A DNA stretch of 64,000 nucleotides from an uncultured Nitrososphaerota archaeon (GCA_963799845.1 CAWCYI010000006.1:1664001-1728000); one strand, 5' to 3'. Shown: positions 50,695-61,855, counted from the first letter of the stretch. Notes: a model not told the origin generated them from the sequence alone. Translations and numbers: made by a program.

Positions 50695-51507
50695 TTAGCT
50701 TGGGTAATCTTGTTTATCTTTAACTGGATCGGAATCTCTCAGACTTGCCAAAGTTTCTTTTATTGGTTTGAATGCTCTAACTAGATTTGTCACAACCGAG
50801 GGTGACATCATAGAAGGCTTCCACGCTTTTTCTGTTAGTAAGTCGCTGATGGTGAAAACAGCGGCTGTCGCAACTCCCTTGACTTGTCCGACAGCGAATA
50901 CGGCGGCTGCTTCCATTTCAACTGTCAAGACGCCTTCTGATCTATATTTGACTAGTTCTTTCACAGTCTCGCGATAAGGCGCATCAATCGTCCAGCTTGA
51001 TCCTATGTACAATTTCTTAAACTCCAGTGATAATGATTTGTACAAAGTATCTGTGAGACCTTTGGATGCAAACGCAAATTTCGAATTCTTAAGATAGTGG
51101 TGAGAGGTTCCTTCATCTCGAATGCTTTTGCTGCAAACAACAATATCTCCCGGCCTTAATTTGTCGCTTATCGCTCCAGCCATTCCAAGGACCACAAACC
51201 GTTTGGCTCCCCACGCCATCAATTCTTCCATGTGCATGATCGTTGTTGGCGCTCCCACTCCGAATCCTGCGAGGATTCCGACTTTGTTGTTGGTCCCGCC
51301 GACTGAATAAAGTTGAGTACCCGAATGACCAAAAATGCCTTCGACTTCGATGATATCGTGGATGTTCCTGATCTGATCAAGCAGCCGCTTCGAATAGCAT
51401 AGTATGATACTCTCAGGCTTAGCTGCGGGAGCTATGCCAATTTTCTTAGCATATTTTAGGTAGTCCTCATGCGAGATAATTGGACTCTCGGCGTGTTTCC
51501 CCTTCAT
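50695..51507 (-). CDS. Nucleoside phosphorylase (PNP/UDP family)
   Basis: GVGAP, GMAGAI, RDEGTSHHY, WTIDAPYRET, VEMEAA. Confidence 0.9.
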   Translation of the reverse strand: MKGKHAESPIISHEDYLKYAKKIGIAPAAKPESIILCYSKRLLDQIRNIHDIIEVEGIFGHSGTQLYSVGGTNNKVGILAGFGVGAPTTIMHMEELMAWGAKRFVVLGMAGAISDKLRPGDIVVCSKSIRDEGTSHHYLKNSKFAFASKGLTDTLYKSLSLEFKKLYIGSSWTIDAPYRETVKELVKYRSEGVLTVEMEAAAVFAVGQVKGVATAAVFTISDLLTEKAWKPSMMSPSVVTNLVRAFKPIKETLASLRDSDPVKDKQDYPS

Positions 51508-51786
51508 CTTAGGATAGGATAATCGACGCCACCGACAGGAATCACGATTACAAGCCGAAAAAAAGTAATCTGCTTGAGCACTGCGCAGGTTTTCAATACC
51601 AAAAGCAGGAATTGAGAAAGACTCAAACTTCTTAGTTAAGTAAAATTTTCAATTTCATTGCAAATAAATCTCGAACTACTTGAATAGAATTTGGGATTTA
51701 GTGATTGACAGTTCTCCTGTCAGAACTTGAAGAGCGCTTATTCTAATAAATACGACTGATTACAATGCCTAAAAGGTGGTTGAACT

Positions 51787-52734
51787 GTGAACGTTCTGAT
51801 AACCGGTGGAACTGGTTTTATCGGATCTCACGTCGCTCGTGAATTTGTTCTCTCTGGGCACAACGTTACGCTTTTTGATCTTCAGCCCGAAACAGTATTG
51901 GTAAACGATCTTCTGGAGCGAGTGGGAATCGTCAGAGGGGACATCCGAAACCTGAACGAGATTATCCTGTCGTGTAAGGAGTACGAGATTGATAGCATAA
52001 TTCACCTTGCATACTTGTTTACCAGGCCCTCGCAACAAAATCCTATGCTAGCGACCAATGTGAATATCCTGGGAACATTGAATGTTTTCGAATCTTTGAG
52101 ATTACTTGATCTAAAGCGAGTTGTTTGGGCTAGTTCCAACTCAGTCTACGGTCGTAGTTTGAGATACAATGCGTCCAAGGCCCTTATCGAGAATGATCCA
52201 GTTAGTCCGTCTACCGTTTACGGTGCTTGCAAGGCATACAACGAATTCATTGCTGACTCGTATTGTCGAGAGTTTGGCTTAAGCATCGTGGGGCTGAGAA
52301 TCTGTGCAGTTCCGTATGGTCTAGGAATGTCGAGAAGAAAGGATAGCGCGGTAAGCTTCCTTTTCGATTTATTCGACCATGGAATCAGGGGAGAGCCATG
52401 TTTAATCTCAGCTGCAGATTTGGTCATGCAATGGCAGTATGTCAAAGACCTTGCTGGACTTTTCAAAAAGGCTTGTACCCAAAACATAGTTCACCACACT
52501 CTATTCAACACAGGTGGTGAATTTGCCTCGTTGAGGCAAGTCGCCGCTATTGTGCAGGAAACTACCGGGGCCCAGATTCGATATTCTAGTGAAATACCGG
52601 AGTTCGCGGACGAGGTTTTTAACATCGATTATTCTTTGATCAAAGAGGAGTTTGGGTATATTCCTACTTACGACATCAAGCAAGGTGTGAAAGATTTTGT
52701 CAATATGACCTTGCAATGGGGGAGACAATCTTGA
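51787..52734 (+). CDS. NAD-dependent epimerase/dehydratase (extended SDR)
   Basis: ITGGTGFIG, IIHLA, ASSNSVYG, YGACK. Confidence 0.88.
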   Translation: MNVLITGGTGFIGSHVAREFVLSGHNVTLFDLQPETVLVNDLLERVGIVRGDIRNLNEIILSCKEYEIDSIIHLAYLFTRPSQQNPMLATNVNILGTLNVFESLRLLDLKRVVWASSNSVYGRSLRYNASKALIENDPVSPSTVYGACKAYNEFIADSYCREFGLSIVGLRICAVPYGLGMSRRKDSAVSFLFDLFDHGIRGEPCLISAADLVMQWQYVKDLAGLFKKACTQNIVHHTLFNTGGEFASLRQVAAIVQETTGAQIRYSSEIPEFADEVFNIDYSLIKEEFGYIPTYDIKQGVKDFVNMTLQWGRQS

Positions 52735-52771
52735 TTTTTCTTCATCGAACATTAAATGTGGTTAGGGCAGA

Positions 52772-53827
52772 ATGAAAGACGTTGCAACTGTTACGGGAGC
52801 CGTACCAGCAAACGAGCTTGGAATCACCCTCCCACACGAACACATTGTCATCAATCTGAATGAAGCAAAATATACTCTTGGTAAGAAAAAGCAAGGTGAC
52901 CTTAAAATATCGATGGAGAACATGTGGAGACTACACCGAGATCCAAATGCCTCCATGGATAACTTGAAGATCGACGAATTAAAGACCAGTGTGAATGAGC
53001 TTCGAGAGTTCCGTCAAATGGGTGGCGGGACTGTTGTTGATCTAACTCCCTCAGAACTCGGGAGAGATCTTCTCAAGATTAAACGAATTTCCCTCTTAAC
53101 GAAAGTTAGAATTATTGTTTCAACAGGATGGTACGTCCGAAGCACTCACCCCAACATAGTTAGAAAAATGCCATTAAGATGGCTCAAAGAAAAAATGGTA
53201 AAGGAGATAGAAGAAGGCATAGAGGATTCTGGGATAAAGGCGGGTGTAATAGGCGAAATTGGATGTAGTGAACCAGTTCCATTTCACAAAGACGAGGAGA
53301 AAGTTCTCACAGCTGCAGCGATGGCTCAGTCAGCCTCAGGAGTTCCTCTGACGGTTCACCCAGTCTTGTACGAATCCCGAACTGGAAAGAGATCTCTTCC
53401 GGGATTTTCTTACCTCAAGATATTGGAGAATAACGGTGCAGCACTAGACAAATTCTATCTGAGTCATTCCGACTTTACTTGCTCTAGTTTAGATTATCAC
53501 AGAAAACTAATGGACAAAGGGATAATTCTATCTTACGATTGCTTTGGTAAGGAATTGTATTATGAAAGTTGGTTTCCGGGAGCCAGAGGTCGTACCGATT
53601 GGGAGAGAATACAATCTGTCGTCGAATTGTGTAATGAAGGTTACGATGGTCAAATCTTGCTTTCTCAAGATATTTGTTTCAAAATTGGGTTGAAAAAATA
53701 CGGCGGGTTTGGTTATTCGCACATTCTTCGTGACATCGTACCCGAATTGATTAGGCAGGGCGTAAAGAAAAAGCAGGTTCGCAAAATGCTCGTGGAAAAC
53801 CCAGAGCGCCTTTTCGGACGCTCTTAG
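52772..53827 (+). CDS. Phosphotriesterase-related (PTER/PHP-type) amidohydrolase
   Basis: HEH, GGGTVVD, GVIGEIG, TVHP, SHSD, SQDI, GYSHI, ENPER. Confidence 0.88.
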   Translation: MKDVATVTGAVPANELGITLPHEHIVINLNEAKYTLGKKKQGDLKISMENMWRLHRDPNASMDNLKIDELKTSVNELREFRQMGGGTVVDLTPSELGRDLLKIKRISLLTKVRIIVSTGWYVRSTHPNIVRKMPLRWLKEKMVKEIEEGIEDSGIKAGVIGEIGCSEPVPFHKDEEKVLTAAAMAQSASGVPLTVHPVLYESRTGKRSLPGFSYLKILENNGAALDKFYLSHSDFTCSSLDYHRKLMDKGIILSYDCFGKELYYESWFPGARGRTDWERIQSVVELCNEGYDGQILLSQDICFKIGLKKYGGFGYSHILRDIVPELIRQGVKKKQVRKMLVENPERLFGRS

Positions 53828-53878
53828 CTTTAACGAGGTATTCAGATGCTCTACTTCGTTAATTCTAATGGAACGATG

Positions 53879-55609
53879 TCATAGTTCGCCGCCCCATATC
53901 CCGAGAGAGAAAACGGACATTTGATCTTTGATAGCTTCCTTAGTAGCGAAAGCCAGTTTCACATCGATTAGGGCTGGTTTACCGGCAGATAGGGCTTCCT
54001 TAATCGTGTCGCGAATCTCTGATGTCTTCTCAACACTCTTTCCCCAGCAGCCAAATCCCTGAGCAACTTTGGCAAAGTCCACATTCGTAAAGTGTATCTC
54101 GTGATCGTAGCTGTTCCATAGCACCTCTTCAATTAATGAATTGCCCGCGAGTGTTTGGTTATTCAGTACAAAGACGACGACATCAAGTCCATATCTCAAA
54201 GCGGTTTCCAATTCTTGGACTTGTCCGACCATAAATCCACCGTCGCCATCAAAGCAGAAAACTTTCTTTTGTGGGGCGGCAAGTTTTGCTCCGAGCGCAA
54301 GTGGAAGCGCCATCCCTAGAGCGCCAAGACCCCTAGGCTGGAGAAAACATCTACCAGCACTTAGAGCTTGAAGATGGCTCGCAGCCCATGCCGAGCATTG
54401 GGACGCGTCAGATGCGACTATTGAATTGTGGTCGACGAACTCTTTCATAACATTGTAAAGATCAACAGATCGAATAGTCGATCCACTAAATCTTGTGATC
54501 GACTCGTCGTTGGCTCTTTGCCACTCTTGTCTTAGTTTCACAATTTGGGCTGCCCTCGAATCTTTAGCTTGACTCTGTTTCTTCCCTTGAACCGATATGA
54601 CATCACACAAAGCTCTCAGACCCAATTTCGCATCGGAGACAATTCCGATCTCTGTTTTGTAGTTCCTGCCGATTTCCGTAGGATCAATATCAATGTGAAT
54701 GATGCGCGAGCTTTGAGTTGGAAACCTCCACCCGATAGTTGACATCTCGTCTGTTCTCGTCCCAACGAGAAGCACGAGGTCTGATTCTTGAATAATCTTA
54801 TTTGCGACTTTACCATGCCCTAAAGGTCCGCTGACGTATGCACCTACGGGGCCGAGGCTTAGGGGATGGCTTTCTAGAAAGGCGCCTTTACCCATTATTG
54901 TGGTCGCGACAGGAATTAGAAGGAGTTCCGCAAGATCTTTGAGCTCGACCATCGCTTGCGACGTTAGCACACCTCCGCCCGCTATGATGCATGGCCTCTC
55001 TGCAGCCAAAAGGGCTCGCGCCGCTTCGGAAACCCTGGATTGTTCCGGCGCGATCCTAATGGCGGGAACCTTATTGAAATCAGACTCGACGATCACTTTA
55101 TCGGAAGATTCTTCGGACAAGGCTTCGGGACGGATGTTTAAAACAACGGGTCCCGGTCTCCCAGATGTTGCAACTCTGAAAGCCAAGCGGACAGTTTCAG
55201 ACATTTTATCGGGAGACATAACGTCAATAACGAGCTTGGATATAGGCCTGAAAAGCTCCACTTGCTCGACGTCCTGGGCAGCGTTCTTCCTTTCTAAAGA
55301 CTCAGGAATTCCACCAGTGATCGCAATCACCGGTATGGATGATTTCCATGCCTCGGCGATGCCTGTGACCAAATTTGTTGCGCCGGCGCCATGGTCTCCA
55401 AAACATACTGAAGGTTTGGACGATACTTGGGAATATCCTGTTGCCATCAGAGCACCCATTGTCTCTTGGTGAATAGTGATGGGTTTTATCGCCCGCTTGT
55501 TCTTCTCTACAGCTTCGTAGAAAGTTTCTGGCGAATCCATTCCGAATACGTACTTTACTCCATAACCTACGAACGTATCGTGGAGTACATCTGCTCCTGT
55601 CTTAGGCAT
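53879..55609 (-). CDS. Thiamine-diphosphate-dependent enzyme (acetolactate synthase-like superfamily)
   Basis: SGRPGPV, GKGAF..HPL, IHIDID..EIGRN, GDGGF...NN ThDP motif. Confidence 0.88.
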   Translation of the reverse strand: MPKTGADVLHDTFVGYGVKYVFGMDSPETFYEAVEKNKRAIKPITIHQETMGALMATGYSQVSSKPSVCFGDHGAGATNLVTGIAEAWKSSIPVIAITGGIPESLERKNAAQDVEQVELFRPISKLVIDVMSPDKMSETVRLAFRVATSGRPGPVVLNIRPEALSEESSDKVIVESDFNKVPAIRIAPEQSRVSEAARALLAAERPCIIAGGGVLTSQAMVELKDLAELLLIPVATTIMGKGAFLESHPLSLGPVGAYVSGPLGHGKVANKIIQESDLVLLVGTRTDEMSTIGWRFPTQSSRIIHIDIDPTEIGRNYKTEIGIVSDAKLGLRALCDVISVQGKKQSQAKDSRAAQIVKLRQEWQRANDESITRFSGSTIRSVDLYNVMKEFVDHNSIVASDASQCSAWAASHLQALSAGRCFLQPRGLGALGMALPLALGAKLAAPQKKVFCFDGDGGFMVGQVQELETALRYGLDVVVFVLNNQTLAGNSLIEEVLWNSYDHEIHFTNVDFAKVAQGFGCWGKSVEKTSEIRDTIKEALSAGKPALIDVKLAFATKEAIKDQMSVFSLGIWGGEL

Positions 55610-55663
55610 GATTTCCTCATCCGCCAGTTTGCAGTACTTAAACTTCCTCTAATTGGCCAGATG

Positions 55664-56044
55664 TTAGTCGACTGAAATTTCAAGCTCCTTCTTTGTTTTT
55701 GAAGGAGCTATCACCGCCACTAATCTTGCAACAGAGGTTTTTGATAGATTCTTGATCGTCGTGGTAATGGACATTGGGATGAAGACGGAATCACCTGGCA
55801 TTAGTTTTCTCCTCTTCCTCTTCCACTGAATTTGCACTTTCCCATTCAATACGAAAAGAGCCTCGTCCTTGTCTGGATAACAATCTGTAGACACTGCACT
55901 AGCATCTAAGCTCACGATTGATAGCATGAATCTATGCGAATCCGTTGTCGGACCTGTTATCAGACGCTTGGACCAAAAGCCCTTAGCAAGCTCCCTTGAT
56001 ACTACGTCTTTTGAACTAACGATTCTGAGTTCTCTTGAAACCAA
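55664..56044 (-). CDS. Cupin domain protein
   Basis: DEALFVLNG...PGDSVFIP; canonical metal His residues absent. Confidence 0.75.
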   Translation of the reverse strand: MVSRELRIVSSKDVVSRELAKGFWSKRLITGPTTDSHRFMLSIVSLDASAVSTDCYPDKDEALFVLNGKVQIQWKRKRRKLMPGDSVFIPMSITTTIKNLSKTSVARLVAVIAPSKTKKELEISVD

Positions 56045-56131
56045 AAAAGCTATATCCTATTTCTCTCCGTCCGATTCAAGTTATTCTAATTCGTAGTGTT
56101 TGTCGAGGTGACTAGCATGGGAGTCTCATTG

Positions 56132-58426
56132 CTAGTACATGGTCGCGAAATAGTACCCGGTCGGCTGCAAAGGAAGGGACGGATTGTAAAAGAATCCATG
56201 AATATTAGACGTCATGACGTAGAAGAATTCAGGATTTAGTGTCCACTGATACATCACTATTTGGTTGGCTAGAGAATTCATTTCGTTGGAAATAGAGACG
56301 ACGCCTGAAACATTGTTTGCAGCACTCACTTTCTGTAACTCTGACCATAGTTGAGACATTTGAGTCAAGTTGAAGTTGTTGAAAGAAGTGAAGATTTGTC
56401 CCGGAGGGAACATCGGGCCGATATAGTCAAGCACCCATGGATAGTCTGGCAACAAGGTTATGAACCCCCAATAGGTTTCTCCGGTGACTTGTAATGTAAA
56501 GAGTTGACCAAAGGGAACCGGGACAACCGAGACAGACAATCCCATGTTGTATGTTGAGCTGATATTGTTCACAACGGTCGCCATCTGCAAAGCAATACCT
56601 CCATCGACGGAATCACCTGTTGGATAATTGAGGAAGATTGTCTGCGATACTGGATGGCTGCACTGACCTGCAGAATTCAGAGTAGAGCAGCCAAATGTAT
56701 TGTTAAAGTAACCCTGTGGTGCAGCTGTTCCGTTCCGGAATGTGAATTGGGTTAAGGGCTGTTCCATCGCATTGAGAAGGAGATCTTGGGTAGCTGTCAG
56801 ATTGTAGGAATACCTAGTGGACAAGGAAGAGTTGTATGCTCCGACAGGAGGCTCGCCTGGCGGTACCATTTCCGTTGCTACCTTTCCAAGACCATTGTTG
56901 AAATCTGTATTTATTTCTGACATGTTCACAGAATCAGCGAACGCGAGTCGGAAACGGAGGTCGGAAAAAGGTTGAAACTGGAAATATGACCCTGTGTTAC
57001 TGTTAGTTACATTAGTGTCGAATGAGTCGAGATTGGTTGCGTAAGCTGTGTACGGTCCATAAAGACTAACTCCAGGTATAACCGACACCAGCTGCCCAGT
57101 GTTGAGCCAAGTTGATCGATTAGCAACATCGTAAAGATTCTCGGGAGTAACATCGATTGTTACTGGTTGTCCTGATTTCGCCCCGTTTTCAAGGTCAATT
57201 TCTCTTGTGCTTTCCTGAGGAACATAATTGATATTTATCGTAGGAATCTGTGGTGTTATTTTGCTTCCACCCAGGTATTGATACGCGCCCCCCCAATAGT
57301 TAGGGTTAGATTGTAGTATGATGTTACCAGTCGCCTGTGTGACTTTTTCTATCATGTAGGGGCCGGTTCCTGCCATGGAACCTTCATAGGATCCATCGAG
57401 ATATGTCGTGGCGCATCCCTTGGGAGTTATGCCGGCATTGCAAGTTGCAACCTCATCATAGAAATATTGGTCGATAATCGCGGTAGCATTACTGCCAGAC
57501 GGTGTGGGATCTGGCAACGTATAGCCATTACTAGATTGACTCCATAATTGAATGTCATGCTGCATCACGTAATCAGGCGCCAGCAATCCTGTGATTGGAT
57601 TAGCTAGCAAATATTGCAAGGCTGGATTAGGAACCTGAATGTTAAGCGTGAAAGTCAACGGGCCAGTAATTTGAACAAAGTTCTGAGCAAGAACTTGATT
57701 AGCCCAGCTTTGGGAGTAAGATTGTGCACAGCAAAGGGTCGAGCTAAGGCTCGTATTTTCAAGTTGTTGAATGATCCAAGCAAGTTGAGTTGCATGCCCT
57801 ACAGGAGAACTGGCGTCAATTATTAGCAGCCTGTTTAAGGAGAAATAGACTGCCGTTGAATTCAATGCCTCGCCATCGGCAAACTTGATTCCACTTCTTA
57901 AAGTAAAATTAGCAGTCTTACCATCTGGCGAGATCGTATAATTCTGAGCAAGCCACGGAACTATCTGGGTACCACTGGTGCCATTGTACCATAACAGAGG
58001 CTCATAGACATTCGTGATGATTGTTCCATCAAATGGAAAGTCTTCAACACTAGGATCGATATAGACAATAGTATTAGTTGTGTCCCAAGTCAACGATTGC
58101 GGGACTGTTCCAGTCGACTGTGAAGTCGTCGACGAACTCGATACACTACTCGAGGAAGTTTGTGATACAGTGCTCGAGGAAGAGCTACTAGCGGTAGAAA
58201 CACTACTTGAACTTGAGCTCGCACTCGAAGAAATCGAACTGGATGAACTGCTTACCGTACTAGATGTCTGGGTCGATGATGATGAGGTGGACGATGTCTT
58301 TATACTCAGTGCGGCATATCCTCCTATAACTAGAACAATGATTATGACTAAGACAATCACAATTGTAGTTGACCTCGCTAGACCGGAACTAGATCGCGAA
58401 ATAGTGTGCAAGTTGTTGTCCTGCAA
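56132..58426 (-). CDS. ABC transporter family-5 solute-binding protein (archaeal, S/T linker)
   Basis: N-terminal TM, Ser/Thr linker, IDP, NVYEPL, PWLA, FTLRSGIKFADG, GTGPY, DLRFRLA. Confidence 0.88.
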   Translation of the reverse strand: MQDNNLHTISRSSSGLARSTTIVIVLVIIIVLVIGGYAALSIKTSSTSSSSTQTSSTVSSSSSSISSSASSSSSSVSTASSSSSSTVSQTSSSSVSSSSTTSQSTGTVPQSLTWDTTNTIVYIDPSVEDFPFDGTIITNVYEPLLWYNGTSGTQIVPWLAQNYTISPDGKTANFTLRSGIKFADGEALNSTAVYFSLNRLLIIDASSPVGHATQLAWIIQQLENTSLSSTLCCAQSYSQSWANQVLAQNFVQITGPLTFTLNIQVPNPALQYLLANPITGLLAPDYVMQHDIQLWSQSSNGYTLPDPTPSGSNATAIIDQYFYDEVATCNAGITPKGCATTYLDGSYEGSMAGTGPYMIEKVTQATGNIILQSNPNYWGGAYQYLGGSKITPQIPTININYVPQESTREIDLENGAKSGQPVTIDVTPENLYDVANRSTWLNTGQLVSVIPGVSLYGPYTAYATNLDSFDTNVTNSNTGSYFQFQPFSDLRFRLAFADSVNMSEINTDFNNGLGKVATEMVPPGEPPVGAYNSSLSTRYSYNLTATQDLLLNAMEQPLTQFTFRNGTAAPQGYFNNTFGCSTLNSAGQCSHPVSQTIFLNYPTGDSVDGGIALQMATVVNNISSTYNMGLSVSVVPVPFGQLFTLQVTGETYWGFITLLPDYPWVLDYIGPMFPPGQIFTSFNNFNLTQMSQLWSELQKVSAANNVSGVVSISNEMNSLANQIVMYQWTLNPEFFYVMTSNIHGFFYNPSLPLQPTGYYFATMY

Positions 58427-58556
58427 CCTAAGCCGCTTAATATAAGGATTTTTTGAGGGTGCAAGCGTGCTGTGAAGAAATCGTCTGTGGATACCAACCC
58501 ATGCGAATTTCTTCCTTCGCGTTTATTCATTTTACAAAAGTCAAAAAACACGATTG

Positions 58557-59603
58557 CTACGGCGTTAATACCACCCTAATGGGGTTTCCATCTTTTTCGC
58601 GAAGAATGCGGAAACCTTCGTTAACCTCGTCAAGGGGAAGTCTGTTTGTTATCATTCGCTTGAGATTGATTTTTCTTGTCGAAAGAAGCGATAATATTCT
58701 AGGCAAATATGGTCTTAGTTGTCCAAAACAAGCATAGATTGTGAGTTCATTCCAAAGGAGTTGCCTAATCCCTACCTTGAATTCTTCGTTGCTTCCACCG
58801 ACGACTCCGACTTTGCCTCCTCTTCTTACGCTCCGAATCGCGGCCTCGATTGTTGCACGCCCCCCAACCATCTCGATAGACGAATCCACTCCTCGGCCAG
58901 AAGTCAGGCTCTTGATTCTGATTGCTGGATCGGTCTCGCGAGCATTAATTAGAACATCCGCCCCTAACTCTTTAGCGATATTCAATTTCTCATCTAGGAC
59001 ATCGACTGCAATGACGTAAGCGCCGCGCAATTTTGCCAATTGGACGGCATTCATTCCCAGGCCGCCTATCCCAAACAACGCAACCGAGTCTCCTGGTTGC
59101 ACGCTAAGGCGTTCCAAAGCGTGGAATGGAGTTGCAAGGGAGTCTGTAAGTATGGCAGCCTCATCGAAATCAATTTCTGAAGAGAATTTGTAGACGTTTT
59201 CCTTTCTAACACAAACATATTCTTCAAAGCCTCCGTCGACGCTTTCTCCGTATGATTCTCTCTTCTCGCATAAAGTGTACGCCCCTATAGTGCAATAATA
59301 ACATCTGCCACAGGAAATCGCAGAATCTACTAGCACGCGATCACCGATTTGGACATCCGAGACATCATTTCCAACTTCCTCGATGGTACCACTTATTTCA
59401 TGACCTAACACGATAGGAAGTTTCATGTTGCTACCTTCTACTCCTGGAATTTGAATTAATTCGCCATCTTGAATGTGCAAGTCCGTCCCACATATCCCCG
59501 CTGCCTTCACTCTGATCAGTACCTCACTCGATCCTACTTTCGGTACAGGTATCTGCTCAATCTTTAGAGGACTTGCCGGCTCATGAAGTCTTGCTGCTTT
59601 CAT
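58557..59603 (-). CDS. Zinc-dependent alcohol/polyol dehydrogenase (MDR)
   Basis: GICGTDLH, GHEISG, CGRCYYC..C, GIGGLG. Confidence 0.92.
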   Translation of the reverse strand: MKAARLHEPASPLKIEQIPVPKVGSSEVLIRVKAAGICGTDLHIQDGELIQIPGVEGSNMKLPIVLGHEISGTIEEVGNDVSDVQIGDRVLVDSAISCGRCYYCTIGAYTLCEKRESYGESVDGGFEEYVCVRKENVYKFSSEIDFDEAAILTDSLATPFHALERLSVQPGDSVALFGIGGLGMNAVQLAKLRGAYVIAVDVLDEKLNIAKELGADVLINARETDPAIRIKSLTSGRGVDSSIEMVGGRATIEAAIRSVRRGGKVGVVGGSNEEFKVGIRQLLWNELTIYACFGQLRPYLPRILSLLSTRKINLKRMITNRLPLDEVNEGFRILREKDGNPIRVVLTP

Positions 59604-59726
59604 GAGAACGGTCGAAACTCACCAAGTTGAATAGCTTTTCTCCGTTTGAATGAAATATTTCTTGGAAGGTATTGCCCTTGAGGAAAACATGAAATTCGAT
59701 AATCGCGAGAGGAACTTTAGTTCAAA

Positions 59727-60794
59727 ATGGGCGGAAAGATTCAGACGGTTTGTGGCGAAATCTCAAGTGAAGTTCTTGGCATTACTTTGTGTCATGAGCA
59801 TATCTCACTAAATATTGGCTTCAAATTATTATCACGTTTACCTTCTGTTCCCAGCTCGTCTGTTGCAGATGAAATTTCCAGAGCCTCTACTGAACTGTTG
59901 GGGTTGAAGAATCTGTGGATAGTCGAAAGATACAATGAAATCTCCCCGGACAATCTCGTTTTAGATGATATTCCGATCGCGGTCAAAGAGTTGTCCTACT
60001 TCAAGAAGATGGGAGGATCTACAGTGATCGAGTTAAGTAATAACGGGATGGGACGAAATCCCGAAGCTCTGAAAGAAATATCTTTGGCGACAGGGCTTAA
60101 TCTGATTGCCTCCACGGGCTATTACACGGAAAACTCACATCCGAAATTTGTGCAAGATGCAACAATCAACGAGCTGGCTGATGAAATGGTGAACGATGTC
60201 CAAAAGGGAATCGGAAGAAGTGATGTGAGGGCTGGAATAATTGGCGAGATTGGGACGAGTAGCATACTTACGACTCAGGAGGAAAAAGTCCTAAGAGGAG
60301 CATGTCGAGCTCAACTTCGCACTAATGTTGCATTAACCATTCACTTGGCAAACATCAAAGGGAGCGAGGCCGAAAAAATTACGACACTTGTTGAGGAAGA
60401 AGGTGTGGATTTGAATAGGGTCATCCTTGGTCACATGGATGTCAGCTATTCCTACTTGAATGATATAGAAAGATTATTGTCGCTCGCTAAGAAAGGTCCT
60501 TACTTGGAATTTGATACTTTTTCCCTAGAATCTTACGACTTTGACAGAAATATTGTTTTTCCTAGAGATGTGGATCGAGTAAGATGTATTAGAAAACTCA
60601 GAGATAAGGGCGTTGGGGAAAGAATTCTGATTTCGCAGGACATTGACATGAAAATTCGTCTCAAGCAATGGGGCGGACAGGGTTACGATCACATTTTACG
60701 CAACGTTGTTCCGATTTTCAAATTATATGGACTAAGCGACGCCGATATCAGGCAAATTCTAATTGATAATCCTTCCCGCGTTTTGTGCAATTGA
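59727..60794 (+). CDS. Second phosphotriesterase-related (PTER/PHP-type) amidohydrolase
   Basis: CHEH, GGSTVIE, GIIGEIG, TIH, GHMD, SQDI, GYDHI, DNPSR. Confidence 0.88.
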   Translation: MGGKIQTVCGEISSEVLGITLCHEHISLNIGFKLLSRLPSVPSSSVADEISRASTELLGLKNLWIVERYNEISPDNLVLDDIPIAVKELSYFKKMGGSTVIELSNNGMGRNPEALKEISLATGLNLIASTGYYTENSHPKFVQDATINELADEMVNDVQKGIGRSDVRAGIIGEIGTSSILTTQEEKVLRGACRAQLRTNVALTIHLANIKGSEAEKITTLVEEEGVDLNRVILGHMDVSYSYLNDIERLLSLAKKGPYLEFDTFSLESYDFDRNIVFPRDVDRVRCIRKLRDKGVGERILISQDIDMKIRLKQWGGQGYDHILRNVVPIFKLYGLSDADIRQILIDNPSRVLCN

Positions 60795-60960
60795 AAAATT
60801 TTCCAACAATGTTGATTCCCAGAAAATGCGAATTATTCCGATTCAAGTTTCGAGAATTTCAAGATGTCTACTCAGTAATAATGATATAGGCTTTGAAAAT
60901 TTCGTTTCTACTGATCACAAGTTTTCGATCATAGGTCATTAAAAAGGTAATGCTAAGTAG

Positions 60961-61804
60961 TTGAGCGACCGGTCTAATTCAGAGGAGAGAATCGCAGAAC
61001 TCATTAGCTTTGGCCTAAACAGACTTGAGGCAAGGGTGTACCTTGAGACTCTCAAGAGCGGAAGAATTAGGGCAAGGGACCTATCAACAAATCTAGGGGT
61101 CAACAGAGTTTCCGTTTACAGAGCTCTAAGAGATCTGAAGAAGAAGGGAATGTTGCAAGTCACACCTCTTTCACCTTACTATTTTATGGCTGACCTTGAA
61201 GCTAGCCTGGGTCGTGTTGTAGAGGATAAGGAGAAAGACCTAGCTTCGTTGAGAAAGAAAAAAGAAGATCTGGCTGCTTGGCTCACTTCAATTTCAATTG
61301 CAAAGAGCGTGCCCTCAGAATCCAAAGAGACTTTCTATCGGTTACTATTCGGTGAACAACATTACGCGATCCTAGAAAAACTACTTGCTAGGTGCAACTC
61401 CGAAGTTATGCGAGTAATATCTTCGAATGGGTTGAAACTGAATTTGGAAAATGATGTACCGCTTTGGGAGTCAAAATGCAAGGCGTCAGGTGTTAAGATC
61501 AAAGTTGTAAGTGAGATTGTCAGGACTAACGCCAAGGAGGCCCGCCAGTACTCATCAACGGTTGAGCTGAGACACCTCTCTGGGATTTCAAGTTCGCTAA
61601 GATACACGGTATTCGATGAGAGAGAAATGCTTCTGACGCTGAGTGTTCCCTCAAATGAAACCTCCCGGCTGGCAATGTTATGGACCAATAACGCTGTCCT
61701 GTTAGAAGTCTGCGATCAAAGATTTCCACAGGGCCTGGGACTCCTCAACTGATGCCGTACAAAGATTACGTGAATTAGAAAAGACCGGTGAATCTGTGTT
61801 ATAA
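60961..61804 (+). CDS. TrmB family transcriptional regulator (C-terminal frameshift near 61710)
   Basis: FGLNRLEARVY...VYRALRDLKKKG; effector domain with VFDEREML and LWTNN; alternative frame ends FHRAWDSS...VL*. Confidence 0.82.
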
Positions 61805-61855
61805 CAAGCTGTTACACACACTTCGCTTACAAATGGGGATGGCTGATTTCTGTTT

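Noticed and set aside
53879-55609. ThDP enzyme as IolD, Xsc or biosynthetic IlvB
   Set aside because: I see no diagnostic motifs for IolD or Xsc, it is over 40 kb from the iol-like genes, and no ilvH/ilvC is adjacent; left unassigned.
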